The translations under genes were made by a program, and so were the position numbers. Positions 10,335 to 18,285 of a stretch of DNA of 64,000 bases are shown piece by piece. Where the stretch lies: sequence record LC727695.1. One strand, given 5' to 3'. Position 1 is the first letter of the stretch. Every line of letters begins with the position of its first letter. A model generated the notes under the pieces. It saw nothing but the letters and a program-made list of their open reading frames with translations. It made no database searches and had not been told where the DNA came from.

Positions 10335-11882
10335 ATGTCAAGTCCAAAACAATTACTCGTTTCATGTATCACTCTATTATGTTTAGAAAATCGAGAAGAT
10401 TCTCCAGTGGAACCATCCAATGAATTGGTTACTGAGATTCTTGATACTCTAAATGATAAGGGTGGTACATTAGATGTAGATCATGGTCGACAAACATTTT
10501 TAGATCTTCGTAATCTACTAGTGGATCTAAATAAGAAACAGAAAGCATATTTCCCAGCTACCCAACAGGTATTACAATCACTACAAGTATGTTGTCGTGA
10601 AGAAAGTTATCTATACGATGCTGTTAAAAATGCAGTAGAAGAAGAATTTCCAAATGGCATGGCATTAGCCATGCGTGTAACTTCATATCGTCGTGATCTA
10701 AATAGCTACTTAGCTGATGAGAAGGTAAAAGCTATTGTAAAAGAATGTTCATCAAAAATTCTTTTCAATAGAGGCTCTGCTGATATTCCGGCAATCATTA
10801 ATGAAATGGCAACCAGAGCTGACCCATATATTCGCGCGCGTGCTGAAGAGAAACACCCAGCTGAAATGGGTGCACTTGATTTTGGTAATTTAGATTCTAT
10901 TGAAGGCTTCTTTGAGGAAGCTAAAACTATTCTTTCCCCAAATGGTGCTTTCCGTACTGGATGGAAAGGTTTTAACAGGATGCTTGGTGATCTGGGTGCA
11001 TTAAAACGTGGTGAATTTATTATCGGTGGTGGCCTACAACATCAATATAAATCTGGCGTTTCTATGAGTCTATTTTGCCATGTGTGTCTATTTAATAAAC
11101 CATACATGCGTGATATCAATAAGAAACCATTAGTAATGTTTATTACTCTTGAGAATGAGATTCCGGATAACCTTATTTTCATTTATGAGTATATTTACGA
11201 AAATGAAACAGGTATCAAGGTAGATCGTAGTTCTATTAGTAAAGCTGAAGCAGCTGAATATGTATCAGCTCGTCTCCGTGAAAATGGTTTTGAACCAGTA
11301 ATGTATCGTTTTGACCCAACTGAATTTACGATTGCTGGTTTAGTTAACTACCTAGATACATATCAAGCACGTGGTTATGAACTACAATATCTCTGCGTAG
11401 ATTATCTAAACATGTTGCCTAAAACTGGATTAGTGACCAGTGTAGCAGGTGATGACGTTCGTCTCCTATTTAGGCGAATGCGTAACTATACTGCACCACG
11501 TGGTATCACATTCTTTAGTCCGCATCAGTTAAGTTCTCAGGCATTAGAACTAATCAGGGATAATATCCCACCAGAAGACTTTGTTAAACAAGTTGCTAAC
11601 AAAGGTTACTATGACGGTTGTCGCCGACTTGGACAAGAACCTGATCTGGAATTCTTCTTCCACATTGTTAAAGTAAGTGGTAAGTATTATCTAACCGTAC
11701 AACGTGGTAAACACCGTAACGTTGTAAGTGATAGTAAGCATCACTATTTTGTTATGCCGTTTGATCCAGACCGTATTGGTGGTATTAGATGGGATATCGA
11801 TAAAGAAGAAAACAATTACATGGACTTTGTACCAAGTCTTAGCAATATGCAAGCCACTGGTGGAGATGACTGGGGATATTAA
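10335..11882 (+). CDS. dnaB: DnaB-like replicative helicase (gp118-like)
   Basis: RTGWKGFNRMLG, GEFIIGG...YKS (variant Walker A), FITLEN, CVDYL (Walker B), PHQLS and RGKHR motifs of the DnaB/SF4 family. Confidence 0.9.
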   Translation: MSSPKQLLVSCITLLCLENREDSPVEPSNELVTEILDTLNDKGGTLDVDHGRQTFLDLRNLLVDLNKKQKAYFPATQQVLQSLQVCCREESYLYDAVKNAVEEEFPNGMALAMRVTSYRRDLNSYLADEKVKAIVKECSSKILFNRGSADIPAIINEMATRADPYIRARAEEKHPAEMGALDFGNLDSIEGFFEEAKTILSPNGAFRTGWKGFNRMLGDLGALKRGEFIIGGGLQHQYKSGVSMSLFCHVCLFNKPYMRDINKKPLVMFITLENEIPDNLIFIYEYIYENETGIKVDRSSISKAEAAEYVSARLRENGFEPVMYRFDPTEFTIAGLVNYLDTYQARGYELQYLCVDYLNMLPKTGLVTSVAGDDVRLLFRRMRNYTAPRGITFFSPHQLSSQALELIRDNIPPEDFVKQVANKGYYDGCRRLGQEPDLEFFFHIVKVSGKYYLTVQRGKHRNVVSDSKHHYFVMPFDPDRIGGIRWDIDKEENNYMDFVPSLSNMQATGGDDWGY

Positions 11883-11891
11883 CAACATAAA

Positions 11892-11911
11892 GCTCTCCCT
11901 TCGGGGAGAGC
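11892..11911 (+). terminator. Terminator after dnaB
   Basis: GCTCTCCC-TTCG-GGGAGAGC. Confidence 0.85.
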
Positions 11912-11936
11912 ACTATAATTTTAATAGGTAATCTAA

Positions 11937-12305
11937 ATGAGTGCAATTGATAATTTAGTAAATACTTTAAGAAAAAATATTAGTGAATGTAGAAAGTTTA
12001 ATCGCCCTCTATTTGCACGTGTATATGCCGCATCACAAAATTACGATAAAATCCGTTATGCTGTAGCAGAAGAAGCCCATTATTTTAAATATGGGAAATA
12101 TGCAGAGGGTAATAATTTAAACATTGATGAACTCATCAGTGATCTTTATTTATATTACACTATTTACGTTGATATTATCCGTAAACCATTACCCGATCCT
12201 AATGGGGATTTTATCAGTATCGTAAACCAAGATCACTATACACACATCTACTGGGATTTAGATCGGTGTGAATCTATTCCAGATGATGTAAAGGAGTTAA
12301 TGTAA
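11937..12305 (+). CDS. Hypothetical protein
   Basis: 122 aa ORF with an AGGT RBS. Confidence 0.7.
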   Translation: MSAIDNLVNTLRKNISECRKFNRPLFARVYAASQNYDKIRYAVAEEAHYFKYGKYAEGNNLNIDELISDLYLYYTIYVDIIRKPLPDPNGDFISIVNQDHYTHIYWDLDRCESIPDDVKELM

Positions 12306-12306
12306 T

Positions 12307-12543
12307 ATGTACTATGGTAATGTTTATATTATCTTTATTGGTGGTTTATTAATATTTATCCTAGGATTGGTATTTGGAGGAATACTGGGAGAAGAGAACA
12401 ATAACGTATATAAACTCAAATCCCAACAATTTGAATACTGCGTTAAAAATAAACAATCAAAAAATAATGACAGTGAAAATATCCAAGTTATTAAAGTATG
12501 CGCAGAGTCTATTGTACTCCTATATCCAACTAATGAAAAATAA
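12307..12543 (+). CDS. Small membrane protein
   Basis: 78 aa, N-terminal hydrophobic helix (YIIFIGGLLIFILGLVFGGIL), two Cys in the soluble part, AAGGAG RBS. Confidence 0.7.
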   Translation: MYYGNVYIIFIGGLLIFILGLVFGGILGEENNNVYKLKSQQFEYCVKNKQSKNNDSENIQVIKVCAESIVLLYPTNEK

Positions 12544-12551
12544 AGCATTTT

Positions 12552-12569
12552 AGCCCTCTTAGGAGGGCT
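12552..12569. terminator. Terminator at the end of the dnaB transcription unit
   Basis: AGCCCTC-ttag-GAGGGCT followed by TTTATG. Confidence 0.8.
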
Positions 12570-12649
12570 TTTATGTCGTATGGCTAATATGCTAGTGAAT
12601 AATGAATAAAATCGATTATAGAGCAAATTAGAAGGTATTAAAGGCATAA

Positions 12650-13130
12650 AGAAAGTCTATCTCTAGACTTATTATTTTTAATTAAAAAAATATAATCTAT
12701 ACTGTGTCTCCTTTTAGGGAGACAGTATGTTTTAGCTAACGCTATTAGAATAATGCTAATATTATTTATTATTAGAATAAGGATATACCTTCGGTATAGT
12801 TTATTATGAAATAAAAGCCCCTACGGGGCGATCCGATTCCTCAGTTCCACATTAGGTAATATTCATGAGTAATATTTAATTACCAGTATCATTGAGTAAT
12901 ACTGGTAATAATATACTAGATTATTAACAATATGTATTGATCATTCTGATTAAGTCAAATTAGCTAATAAACAAATCAATTATCAACGAGTGATAACTGG
13001 TATTGATTACTAGCTAAAGAGATTAATTAGGATATCTACATGAGGAGTCGCTACCCCATGTATTCTGGAGTTTCTCTTTAGCGGGAGACTTAACTCCACT
13101 TGGGAGCCGCTTTAGCGGGCGGCTCTCACT
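12650..13130. other. ORF-free array of about nine inverted repeats (possible origin or structured RNA)
   Basis: Stems at ~12653-12670, 12699-12728, 12784-12798, 12817-12829, 12879-12909, 12961-13016, 13037-13062, 13066-13098 and 13104-13125. Confidence 0.7.
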
Positions 13131-13156
13131 TAAACAAAAAAAAGAATTCAGATAAG

Positions 13157-13178
13157 TCCCTCTCCTTTAGGAGAGGGG
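13157..13178 (-). terminator. Terminator ending the minus-strand accessory block
   Basis: TCCCTCTCC-ttta-GGAGAGGGG. Confidence 0.8.
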
Positions 13179-13185
13179 TTGTTTA

Positions 13186-13491
13186 TCATAGGCTTCTCCT
13201 TTCGGTTACATAGAACTTCTTCTGATCCATGTCAGTGTATGTTACTATGAAATTGTCGAAGGGGTTGATGGATACGGCTAAACCTGCGTTGTTGACGTAT
13301 CCTATTGTAGGGCCAGCCCAATAACCAATGAAGTTACCTCTACGATCTCGACATTGGATAACATTATCGGCTTGCGTTTTCGCAACCGACATGCTATGGG
13401 TTGATCCATCGGGTCTCTTGAAAAAGAAACCTACTTCCTGCATTCTGTGCAGGTCAGGGCTAACATTGTTAGCGGTAACTGGAATTAACAT
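13186..13491 (-). CDS. Hypothetical protein
   Basis: 101 aa ORF with a GAGGA RBS. Confidence 0.75.
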   Translation of the reverse strand: MLIPVTANNVSPDLHRMQEVGFFFKRPDGSTHSMSVAKTQADNVIQCRDRRGNFIGYWAGPTIGYVNNAGLAVSINPFDNFIVTYTDMDQKKFYVTERRSL

Positions 13492-13621
13492 GATTGTTCC
13501 TCTTGTTAATCCAAGCCCACTTGGGCGAAAATGTTGAGTATTTTTTACTCAACGGCATATAGCCCTACTGTTACAGCAGTAGGGCTAATTCTTTTATTCT
13601 TAAAAGTTTAACTGAATAAAT

Positions 13622-13643
13622 GCCCTCTCCCGAAGGAGAGGGC
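13622..13643 (-). terminator. Intrinsic terminator with UUCG loop
   Basis: GCCCTCTCC-TTCG-GGAGAGGGC on the minus strand. Confidence 0.85.
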
Positions 13644-13656
13644 TTATGTCGTTAAT

Positions 13657-13932
13657 TTATTTAACCAGCGATGTTTCCCTAACACGAGAGATGCATAAAT
13701 AATTACTGTAATCGCTGGGGTCGTACTCATCATACCCTAGACAACTTGTATGAATATATTCAGTACTGATATTAATCATATCAAGAGTAATACCATCACC
13801 CCATTTCTTAGTTGCCATCTCGATAATATCGGCGATAGTATTGGCTACATAACAATCACCCAAGATATAAAAGGTATCTTCGGTATCATCCGGACGAAAA
13901 TGACGAATACCATTCTGTGTATATTCACCCAT
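13657..13932 (-). CDS. Hypothetical protein
   Basis: 91 aa ORF with a GAGGA RBS. Confidence 0.75.
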   Translation of the reverse strand: MGEYTQNGIRHFRPDDTEDTFYILGDCYVANTIADIIEMATKKWGDGITLDMINISTEYIHTSCLGYDEYDPSDYSNYLCISRVRETSLVK

Positions 13933-13933
13933 G

Positions 13934-14077
13934 TTAATTATCCTCTTTTCCTTCTTGAGTATGATGAGTGGGCTCTACCCAGTAAAAATCAATAAACAGA
14001 TCAACTGGTTTACAGCCAACCATCTCGCTGTCATCGGCCCATTTACTTTCATCTACGATAATTTCTTCATTAGTCAT
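13934..14077 (-). CDS. Small acidic protein, 47 aa (absent from the ORF track)
   Basis: MTNEEIIVDESKWADDSEMVGCKPVDLFIDFYWVEPTHHTQEGKEDN*, with an AAGGAG RBS. It fills the gap in the operon exactly. Confidence 0.7.
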   Translation of the reverse strand: MTNEEIIVDESKWADDSEMVGCKPVDLFIDFYWVEPTHHTQEGKEDN

Positions 14078-14116
14078 TTGTATTTCTCCTTATTTACTAT
14101 AGTAAATATTGTTTAG

Positions 14117-14329
14117 TTACATAGTCCAATTAGTGGCTTCATCAACCATATCAGCTGCTTCTTTATCAGAAGCATTCCAGAGTTTATCAGCCCATTCTTT
14201 ATCCATTTCATTTTGGATATTTTCAAGACGCATGTAATTATGCCATGCCTGACCCAGTCGAAGATTCTTATTATTTTTGTAATAAATTCCAAACTCACCA
14301 CGAACTGATGCAGGAATTGAAATAGTCAC
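14117..14329 (-). CDS. Hypothetical protein
   Basis: 70 aa, GTG start overlapping the upstream TGA, AAGGAG RBS. Confidence 0.7.
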   Translation of the reverse strand: MTISIPASVRGEFGIYYKNNKNLRLGQAWHNYMRLENIQNEMDKEWADKLWNASDKEAADMVDEATNWTM

Positions 14330-14487
14330 TTTATAATCTCCTTAGTTACTATCTGACGTGCTTCTTTATAAGAAATATTCGGATTATCATTGATGTATTT
14401 AAGAACTTTCTGATGTATAATGTTCTCTCGCTCAGTTAGTTCTTTTACTACTCTTTTAAAATAACCTGGTGATCGTTTCATAGTCAT
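14326..14487 (-). CDS. Small basic protein, 53 aa (absent from the ORF track)
   Basis: MTMKRSPGYFKRVVKELTERENIIHQKVLKYINDNPNISYKEARQIVTKEIIK*, with ATGA and GTGA overlaps to both neighbours. Confidence 0.7.
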   Translation of the reverse strand: MTMKRSPGYFKRVVKELTERENIIHQKVLKYINDNPNISYKEARQIVTKEIIK

Positions 14488-14771
14488 GGTTCTTCGATTA
14501 ACAAGTTATTTGCCTCGAAAAAGAATGGGGCTGACCAGCTATAATCTGGTTCATTTACCAGTTTTACACTGTTCTTGGTTTTGATAATCTTGCGATCATA
14601 CCGCCAGTTTTGTGGTCCATGTTTAGGAATAGTGTAGTATTCACCATCGGGTAGATTAGTGGCTTTTTCCCATCCGAGTTCTTTAATACTAAACTTTTTA
14701 TCAGTTGTCATTTTCTTTATTTCCTTGCTGTCATGAAACCACCCGGTGGCCGTATCAAGCTGCGTCCCCAT
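14484..14771 (-). CDS. Hypothetical protein, paralog of 15067..15330
   Basis: Shared NLPxGxYxTxPxHGP...DR motif. The true start may be the internal MTTDK codon, which has an AAGGA RBS. Confidence 0.7.
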   Translation of the reverse strand: MGTQLDTATGWFHDSKEIKKMTTDKKFSIKELGWEKATNLPDGEYYTIPKHGPQNWRYDRKIIKTKNSVKLVNEPDYSWSAPFFFEANNLLIEEP

Positions 14772-14774
14772 GGT

Positions 14775-15059
14775 TTATACTGCACGTGGGATCACTGATA
14801 TCTCAAGAGTCAGATCAGCCGCGTCCAGTAGGTTTACCAGGGCGTCCAGAGAGAACTTGTCAATCTTGCCTTTGAGAAGATCATTCAATCTCGGTTGCGT
14901 AACATGTAGGCGAGCAGCAGCGTCTTTTTGCGGAAGATCCCAGCCCTTTATAGTACGGGTGAGAGCCCGCATGAGTTGGGAACGGATACGTAGGTTTTCA
15001 GTTTCTTTTGTCGAGTCAACTAGTGTATCCCAGACACCGGGAGTGCATTCGTTTGCCAT
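14775..15059 (-). CDS. XRE-family HTH protein (HigA-like antitoxin type)
   Basis: VWD...ENLRIRSQLM...LPQKDAAARLHVTQPRLNDLLKGKIDKFSLDALVNLL is the typical pattern of HTH_37/HigA-like regulators. Confidence 0.85.
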   Translation of the reverse strand: MANECTPGVWDTLVDSTKETENLRIRSQLMRALTRTIKGWDLPQKDAAARLHVTQPRLNDLLKGKIDKFSLDALVNLLDAADLTLEISVIPRAV

Positions 15060-15066
15060 TTATTTA

Positions 15067-15330
15067 TTACCTCTTGAGGTAAATGCTCGGATAATAAACT
15101 ACATTATATTTAAAGAAATCACTTACCTTGAATTTTATGTTCGGTGCAGTGATTAGATAACAATAATCACCATCAACCATAACGCGTCGATCATGGCTAT
15201 ATACCCTAGGACCATGTAACGGAGAAGTTACATAAATCCCATTGGGAAGATTCCGTAAATCGTCTTTATTCAGAAACTTACCATTAGGATTTATAGTTAA
15301 TGGATAACAACCAGGATTAAGTTTATGCAT
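15067..15330 (-). CDS. Hypothetical protein, paralog of 14484..14771
   Basis: 87 aa, GAGGTG RBS, shared NLPNGIYVTSPLHGP motif. Confidence 0.7.
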   Translation of the reverse strand: MHKLNPGCYPLTINPNGKFLNKDDLRNLPNGIYVTSPLHGPRVYSHDRRVMVDGDYCYLITAPNIKFKVSDFFKYNVVYYPSIYLKR

Positions 15331-15347
15331 ATTTCACCTCTTTTATA

Positions 15348-15370
15348 AACCACCCTTATATAGGGTGGTT
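15348..15370 (-). terminator. Intrinsic terminator
   Basis: AACCACCCT-tatat-AGGGTGGTT with T-runs. Confidence 0.75.
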
Positions 15371-15375
15371 TTTTT

Positions 15376-15651
15376 CTATTGACCAATATACGTGCTGGTG
15401 TATAATTCAATGGTTGGTTTATGAATGGTCAGATTATATTTCTTAGCTAAATCATCAATATCCCTGGAACAATCAATGAATTTGCCAGTCTCTCGGTAGC
15501 GCATCACCCATGAACCCCGAAATGGTGCATCATCTAATGGATTAATACCATATTCACGACATACCACAATTGCTTCATGTCGTGGAGTAGCACCAGTAGT
15601 GACAAAGTGATTTTCATAAACTGGGATCATTGATACATCTTTATTGCTCAT
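15376..15651 (-). CDS. Hypothetical protein, paralog of 16645..16896
   Basis: Start re-called at MSNKDV (GAGG RBS). REYGINP...RGxWVxR motif. Confidence 0.7.
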   Translation of the reverse strand: MSNKDVSMIPVYENHFVTTGATPRHEAIVVCREYGINPLDDAPFRGSWVMRYRETGKFIDCSRDIDDLAKKYNLTIHKPTIELYTSTYIGQ

Positions 15652-15692
15652 AATAACCTCTCTAAAATTACCTGAAGGGATATGCATGATAT

Positions 15693-16190
15693 TTATTTTT
15701 GTTTTTGACTGATCATGGAGGCATTGGTGAAGTAATATAACGCATGTTTCCAATCTTGAGGGTCATATGTGCACTTATGAGCAACCACATAATCACCATC
15801 AATTTTTTTGAACAAGTTTACCATGATCACCTCATCCATATCAGTCCCGTTATGCACAGTTTGATAATTCAGTCTCACCAACATGTCATCTACATTGGTT
15901 TTCAACTGGAGACCATCTTTGAAGAAATCACGAACACCATCCATGATTTGTTCATTGCGAGACAGGATGTTTTCAGAGATCTGTTCGAACATACCCCTTG
16001 CACCGATCAAACGTAATTGATCGTAATTGGGTTCACCCATGCAGATGGCCTCATCATCACGATTACACATCTTCTCCAGCAGAACGATAGGGTTATAATC
16101 CCAAGCAACCCCACCAGTTACAACAGAGGTCAAATAGCCATAGAGACTGAGTTCACTGTCACGCTCATTTGCAGGAATCATGCGGTTCAT
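15693..16190 (-). CDS. Hypothetical protein
   Basis: Start re-called at MNRMIP (GAGGA RBS), ~165 aa. Confidence 0.7.
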   Translation of the reverse strand: MNRMIPANERDSELSLYGYLTSVVTGGVAWDYNPIVLLEKMCNRDDEAICMGEPNYDQLRLIGARGMFEQISENILSRNEQIMDGVRDFFKDGLQLKTNVDDMLVRLNYQTVHNGTDMDEVIMVNLFKKIDGDYVVAHKCTYDPQDWKHALYYFTNASMISQKQK

Positions 16191-16225
16191 AATTAACGAT
16201 CCTCGTATTGGTGTTGCAGCATAGC

Positions 16226-16609
16226 TCAGCAAGTCTCTTGAGCTTTCTCAAAACTAGCCATCGAGCGGGTGCGCGCACGCTGTAGAATAGACAAGCCGTA
16301 TTTTTTGAACTTCTTCTTGTGGATGAAACCAAGGCGTTCGTAGATGAAGTCTTTACGGTCGGCGCGAGGTTTACCATCAGCTACGATACCACGGTCGAAA
16401 AGAGCCCAGAACAGAGCGCTTTCATCATGCAGGTAGTTGGCCATTTCCTGAGGCCACTGAACTGCGCATAGAGCAACGATTTGTTCAAGTAAACCACTAT
16501 CTGAGATGGCATAGTACTCACGACCCTGAACATAGTTCATTTTGTCGAAGTTGCACATAGCCAGTCTGCCAGTACCCTGGTTGATTTTCTTTTGAATGTG
16601 TTCGTTCAT
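16226..16609 (-). CDS. Hypothetical protein with GC-richer codon usage
   Basis: 127 aa ORF with an AGGT RBS. Confidence 0.75.
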   Translation of the reverse strand: MNEHIQKKINQGTGRLAMCNFDKMNYVQGREYYAISDSGLLEQIVALCAVQWPQEMANYLHDESALFWALFDRGIVADGKPRADRKDFIYERLGFIHKKKFKKYGLSILQRARTRSMASFEKAQETC

Positions 16610-16644
16610 GGTTTGACCTATTTTCAGATTTGGATTAATTATAG

Positions 16645-16896
16645 CTAGACGAAGGTATTGCGTTCGAATTGGATGGAATTACGTTCAACAATATCGTTGA
16701 GGTATTTATTATTGTCGATAAATTCCCCAGTGAGCATGTTACGCAGAACCCAGTTCCCCCGAAGTGGTATACCGCTGTTAGGGTTGATCCCGTATTCACG
16801 CATCAAAATCCGACGATTGTGGTCAACACCTGGCTCCATGTAAGATTCACTGATAAAACATTCCACCATGTTGATAACTTCTTTAGATTCGCTCAT
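16645..16896 (-). CDS. Hypothetical protein, paralog of 15376..15651
   Basis: 83 aa, AAGGA RBS, REYGINP...RGNWVLR motif. Confidence 0.75.
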   Translation of the reverse strand: MSESKEVINMVECFISESYMEPGVDHNRRILMREYGINPNSGIPLRGNWVLRNMLTGEFIDNNKYLNDIVERNSIQFERNTFV

Positions 16897-16967
16897 TGAC
16901 TTATTCCTTCTTTTGCAGGTATTATGTAATACGATAATGGATTATGGCTTTAACCATCAGATCCTTT

Positions 16968-17390
16968 TCACGCAGTTGGTTTGAATGGATTTGCACTACG
17001 ACTACGTTTTTGATATGAAATTAGTGCACCCCATACATTATCGGCTGATACATATTCAGGCATAGCTTTTTCATCATTGTAACTGACACGGTATGCCTTA
17101 GCCACACCTGTGCTATCTACAATGTGAACTTTTTCAATGACAAATGCTTTTCCAGAAGGCCCAGGGATATGTAATCCTCTTTTAAAAAGTTCTTCAAGAA
17201 TGCGTTCTAATGCAATTTTAGCATTAGGGTAATCATTATCAAGTGACTTAATACCACCTTTAATTTTATTATCTAGGACACTGAGTGCCTTTTTAAAAAC
17301 ACTAACATCATGATCAAAACATTCGAGAGTGTGATCGAAGTTTTGCATGAGCGCTATTAGTAGACCATTAGGAAATACTACTTTTGACAT
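16968..17390 (-). CDS. Hypothetical protein
   Basis: 140 aa ORF with an AGGTG RBS. Confidence 0.7.
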   Translation of the reverse strand: MSKVVFPNGLLIALMQNFDHTLECFDHDVSVFKKALSVLDNKIKGGIKSLDNDYPNAKIALERILEELFKRGLHIPGPSGKAFVIEKVHIVDSTGVAKAYRVSYNDEKAMPEYVSADNVWGALISYQKRSRSANPFKPTA

Positions 17391-17400
17391 ATATCACCTA

Positions 17401-17757
17401 TTAGTAAACAGTTGGGAACGTTTGTAGGAACCAATCATTAATACGTGTATTAACACTAGCCCCGTGTTCAGGTGCTACTTTAAAACCAGCGACGATGTCC
17501 TGTAACTCTTCAGTGAGTTTGTTGTGTACTTTACCTTCACAATCGATAAAGTCTTCTGCGGTTGGCATAACCTCAGCGCGAATAACAGAGGCACGCTTAG
17601 AAAGCATTGTAAGAATTTCATTAGACACTGAAGCAGCATTACGCAACTTATTGATTTTTACATCAATAACAGTTTTATGATAGATTTTACCAACTGCACA
17701 CATTGTAACTGAACCAACAAAAATACCAAGACAGAGTGATACTTTATCAATATTCAT
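17401..17757 (-). CDS. Putative membrane-anchored protein
   Basis: 118 aa, N-terminal hydrophobic helix SLCLGIFVGSVTMCAVG. Confidence 0.7.
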   Translation of the reverse strand: MNIDKVSLCLGIFVGSVTMCAVGKIYHKTVIDVKINKLRNAASVSNEILTMLSKRASVIRAEVMPTAEDFIDCEGKVHNKLTEELQDIVAGFKVAPEHGASVNTRINDWFLQTFPTVY

Positions 17758-17818
17758 TTTGTATACCTATTTACGTTTATTGAAGTGATTAAAAAATAAT
17801 ACGATGTAGAAAATAAAA

Positions 17819-17836
17819 GGGAGTCCGAAGACTCCC
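17819..17836 (-). terminator. Intrinsic terminator with UUCG loop
   Basis: GGGAGTC-TTCG-GACTCCC followed by TTTT on the minus strand. Confidence 0.85.
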
Positions 17837-17844
17837 ATTATCAG

Positions 17845-18285
17845 TTACACATCTGACACATCATCGAACAGATCAAGTTGTTTCCGATTACGTCGTTCTT
17901 CTTCTTCGATACGACGATTCTCTTCTTCAATCTCTTTCTGCCGTTTGACAAGCCTCCTGTGCAGACTCATTTGCCATGCAGTATCATAACGGCATCGCAC
18001 TGATTCAATATATTTAAGCCCTACTTCATTAATGCTCTCAAGAAGATCCAGTGACACAAGTGTCTCCTTGGATGCATTAATGCTAGCCTTAAGATAATGG
18101 GCCATTGCTGTTGCTGGATGGAACGGTAGTTTATCGACATCCATGGTCTTTTGATAAGCTTTCAGTTTATGGATAATAATTCGTCCATAATAGAATTCAT
18201 AGAGTTTTTCTCTAGAATCCCAAGCAAGCTTACCGAGTACGGCTCCACTTACCATCCCTAATGTAAGAGATAGCTTAGAGTTCAT
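17845..18285 (-). CDS. Putative membrane-anchored protein with a charged C-terminal coiled coil
   Basis: Start re-called at MNSKLSLTLGMVSGAVLG (AAGGA RBS). Confidence 0.7.
   Translation of the reverse strand: MNSKLSLTLGMVSGAVLGKLAWDSREKLYEFYYGRIIIHKLKAYQKTMDVDKLPFHPATAMAHYLKASINASKETLVSLDLLESINEVGLKYIESVRCRYDTAWQMSLHRRLVKRQKEIEEENRRIEEEERRNRKQLDLFDDVSDV

Noticed and set aside
10335-11882. Possible intein or intron in DnaB, the helicase or other RNAP subunits
   Set aside because: The ORFs are continuous, of normal size, and lack C/S...HN splice motifs or group I core sequences. Only the 62184-62490 intron is supported.
12324-12647. 107 aa minus-strand ORF overlapping the small membrane gene and running into the non-coding region
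   Set aside because: It is antisense to a gene with a good RBS, crosses a terminator, and has no RBS.
12570-13156. Possibility that the hairpin array is a tRNA cluster or CRISPR array
   Set aside because: I found no cloverleaf with T-loop GTTCRA or D-loop signatures, and no regularly spaced direct repeats with unique spacers. Note that the printed line starting at 12721 shows one 9-character block, so coordinates in that line may be off by 1.
14746-15156. 136 aa plus-strand ORF over the HTH gene (possible cognate toxin)
   Set aside because: It is antisense to the HTH gene, has no RelE/HigB motifs, and is explained by the higher GC content.
16917-17810. ATCGTATTA(C/T) at ~16926 and ~17796 (minus strand) as a further promoter class
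   Set aside because: Only two short AT-rich matches without the upstream TTTAA element, which is too weak to call.
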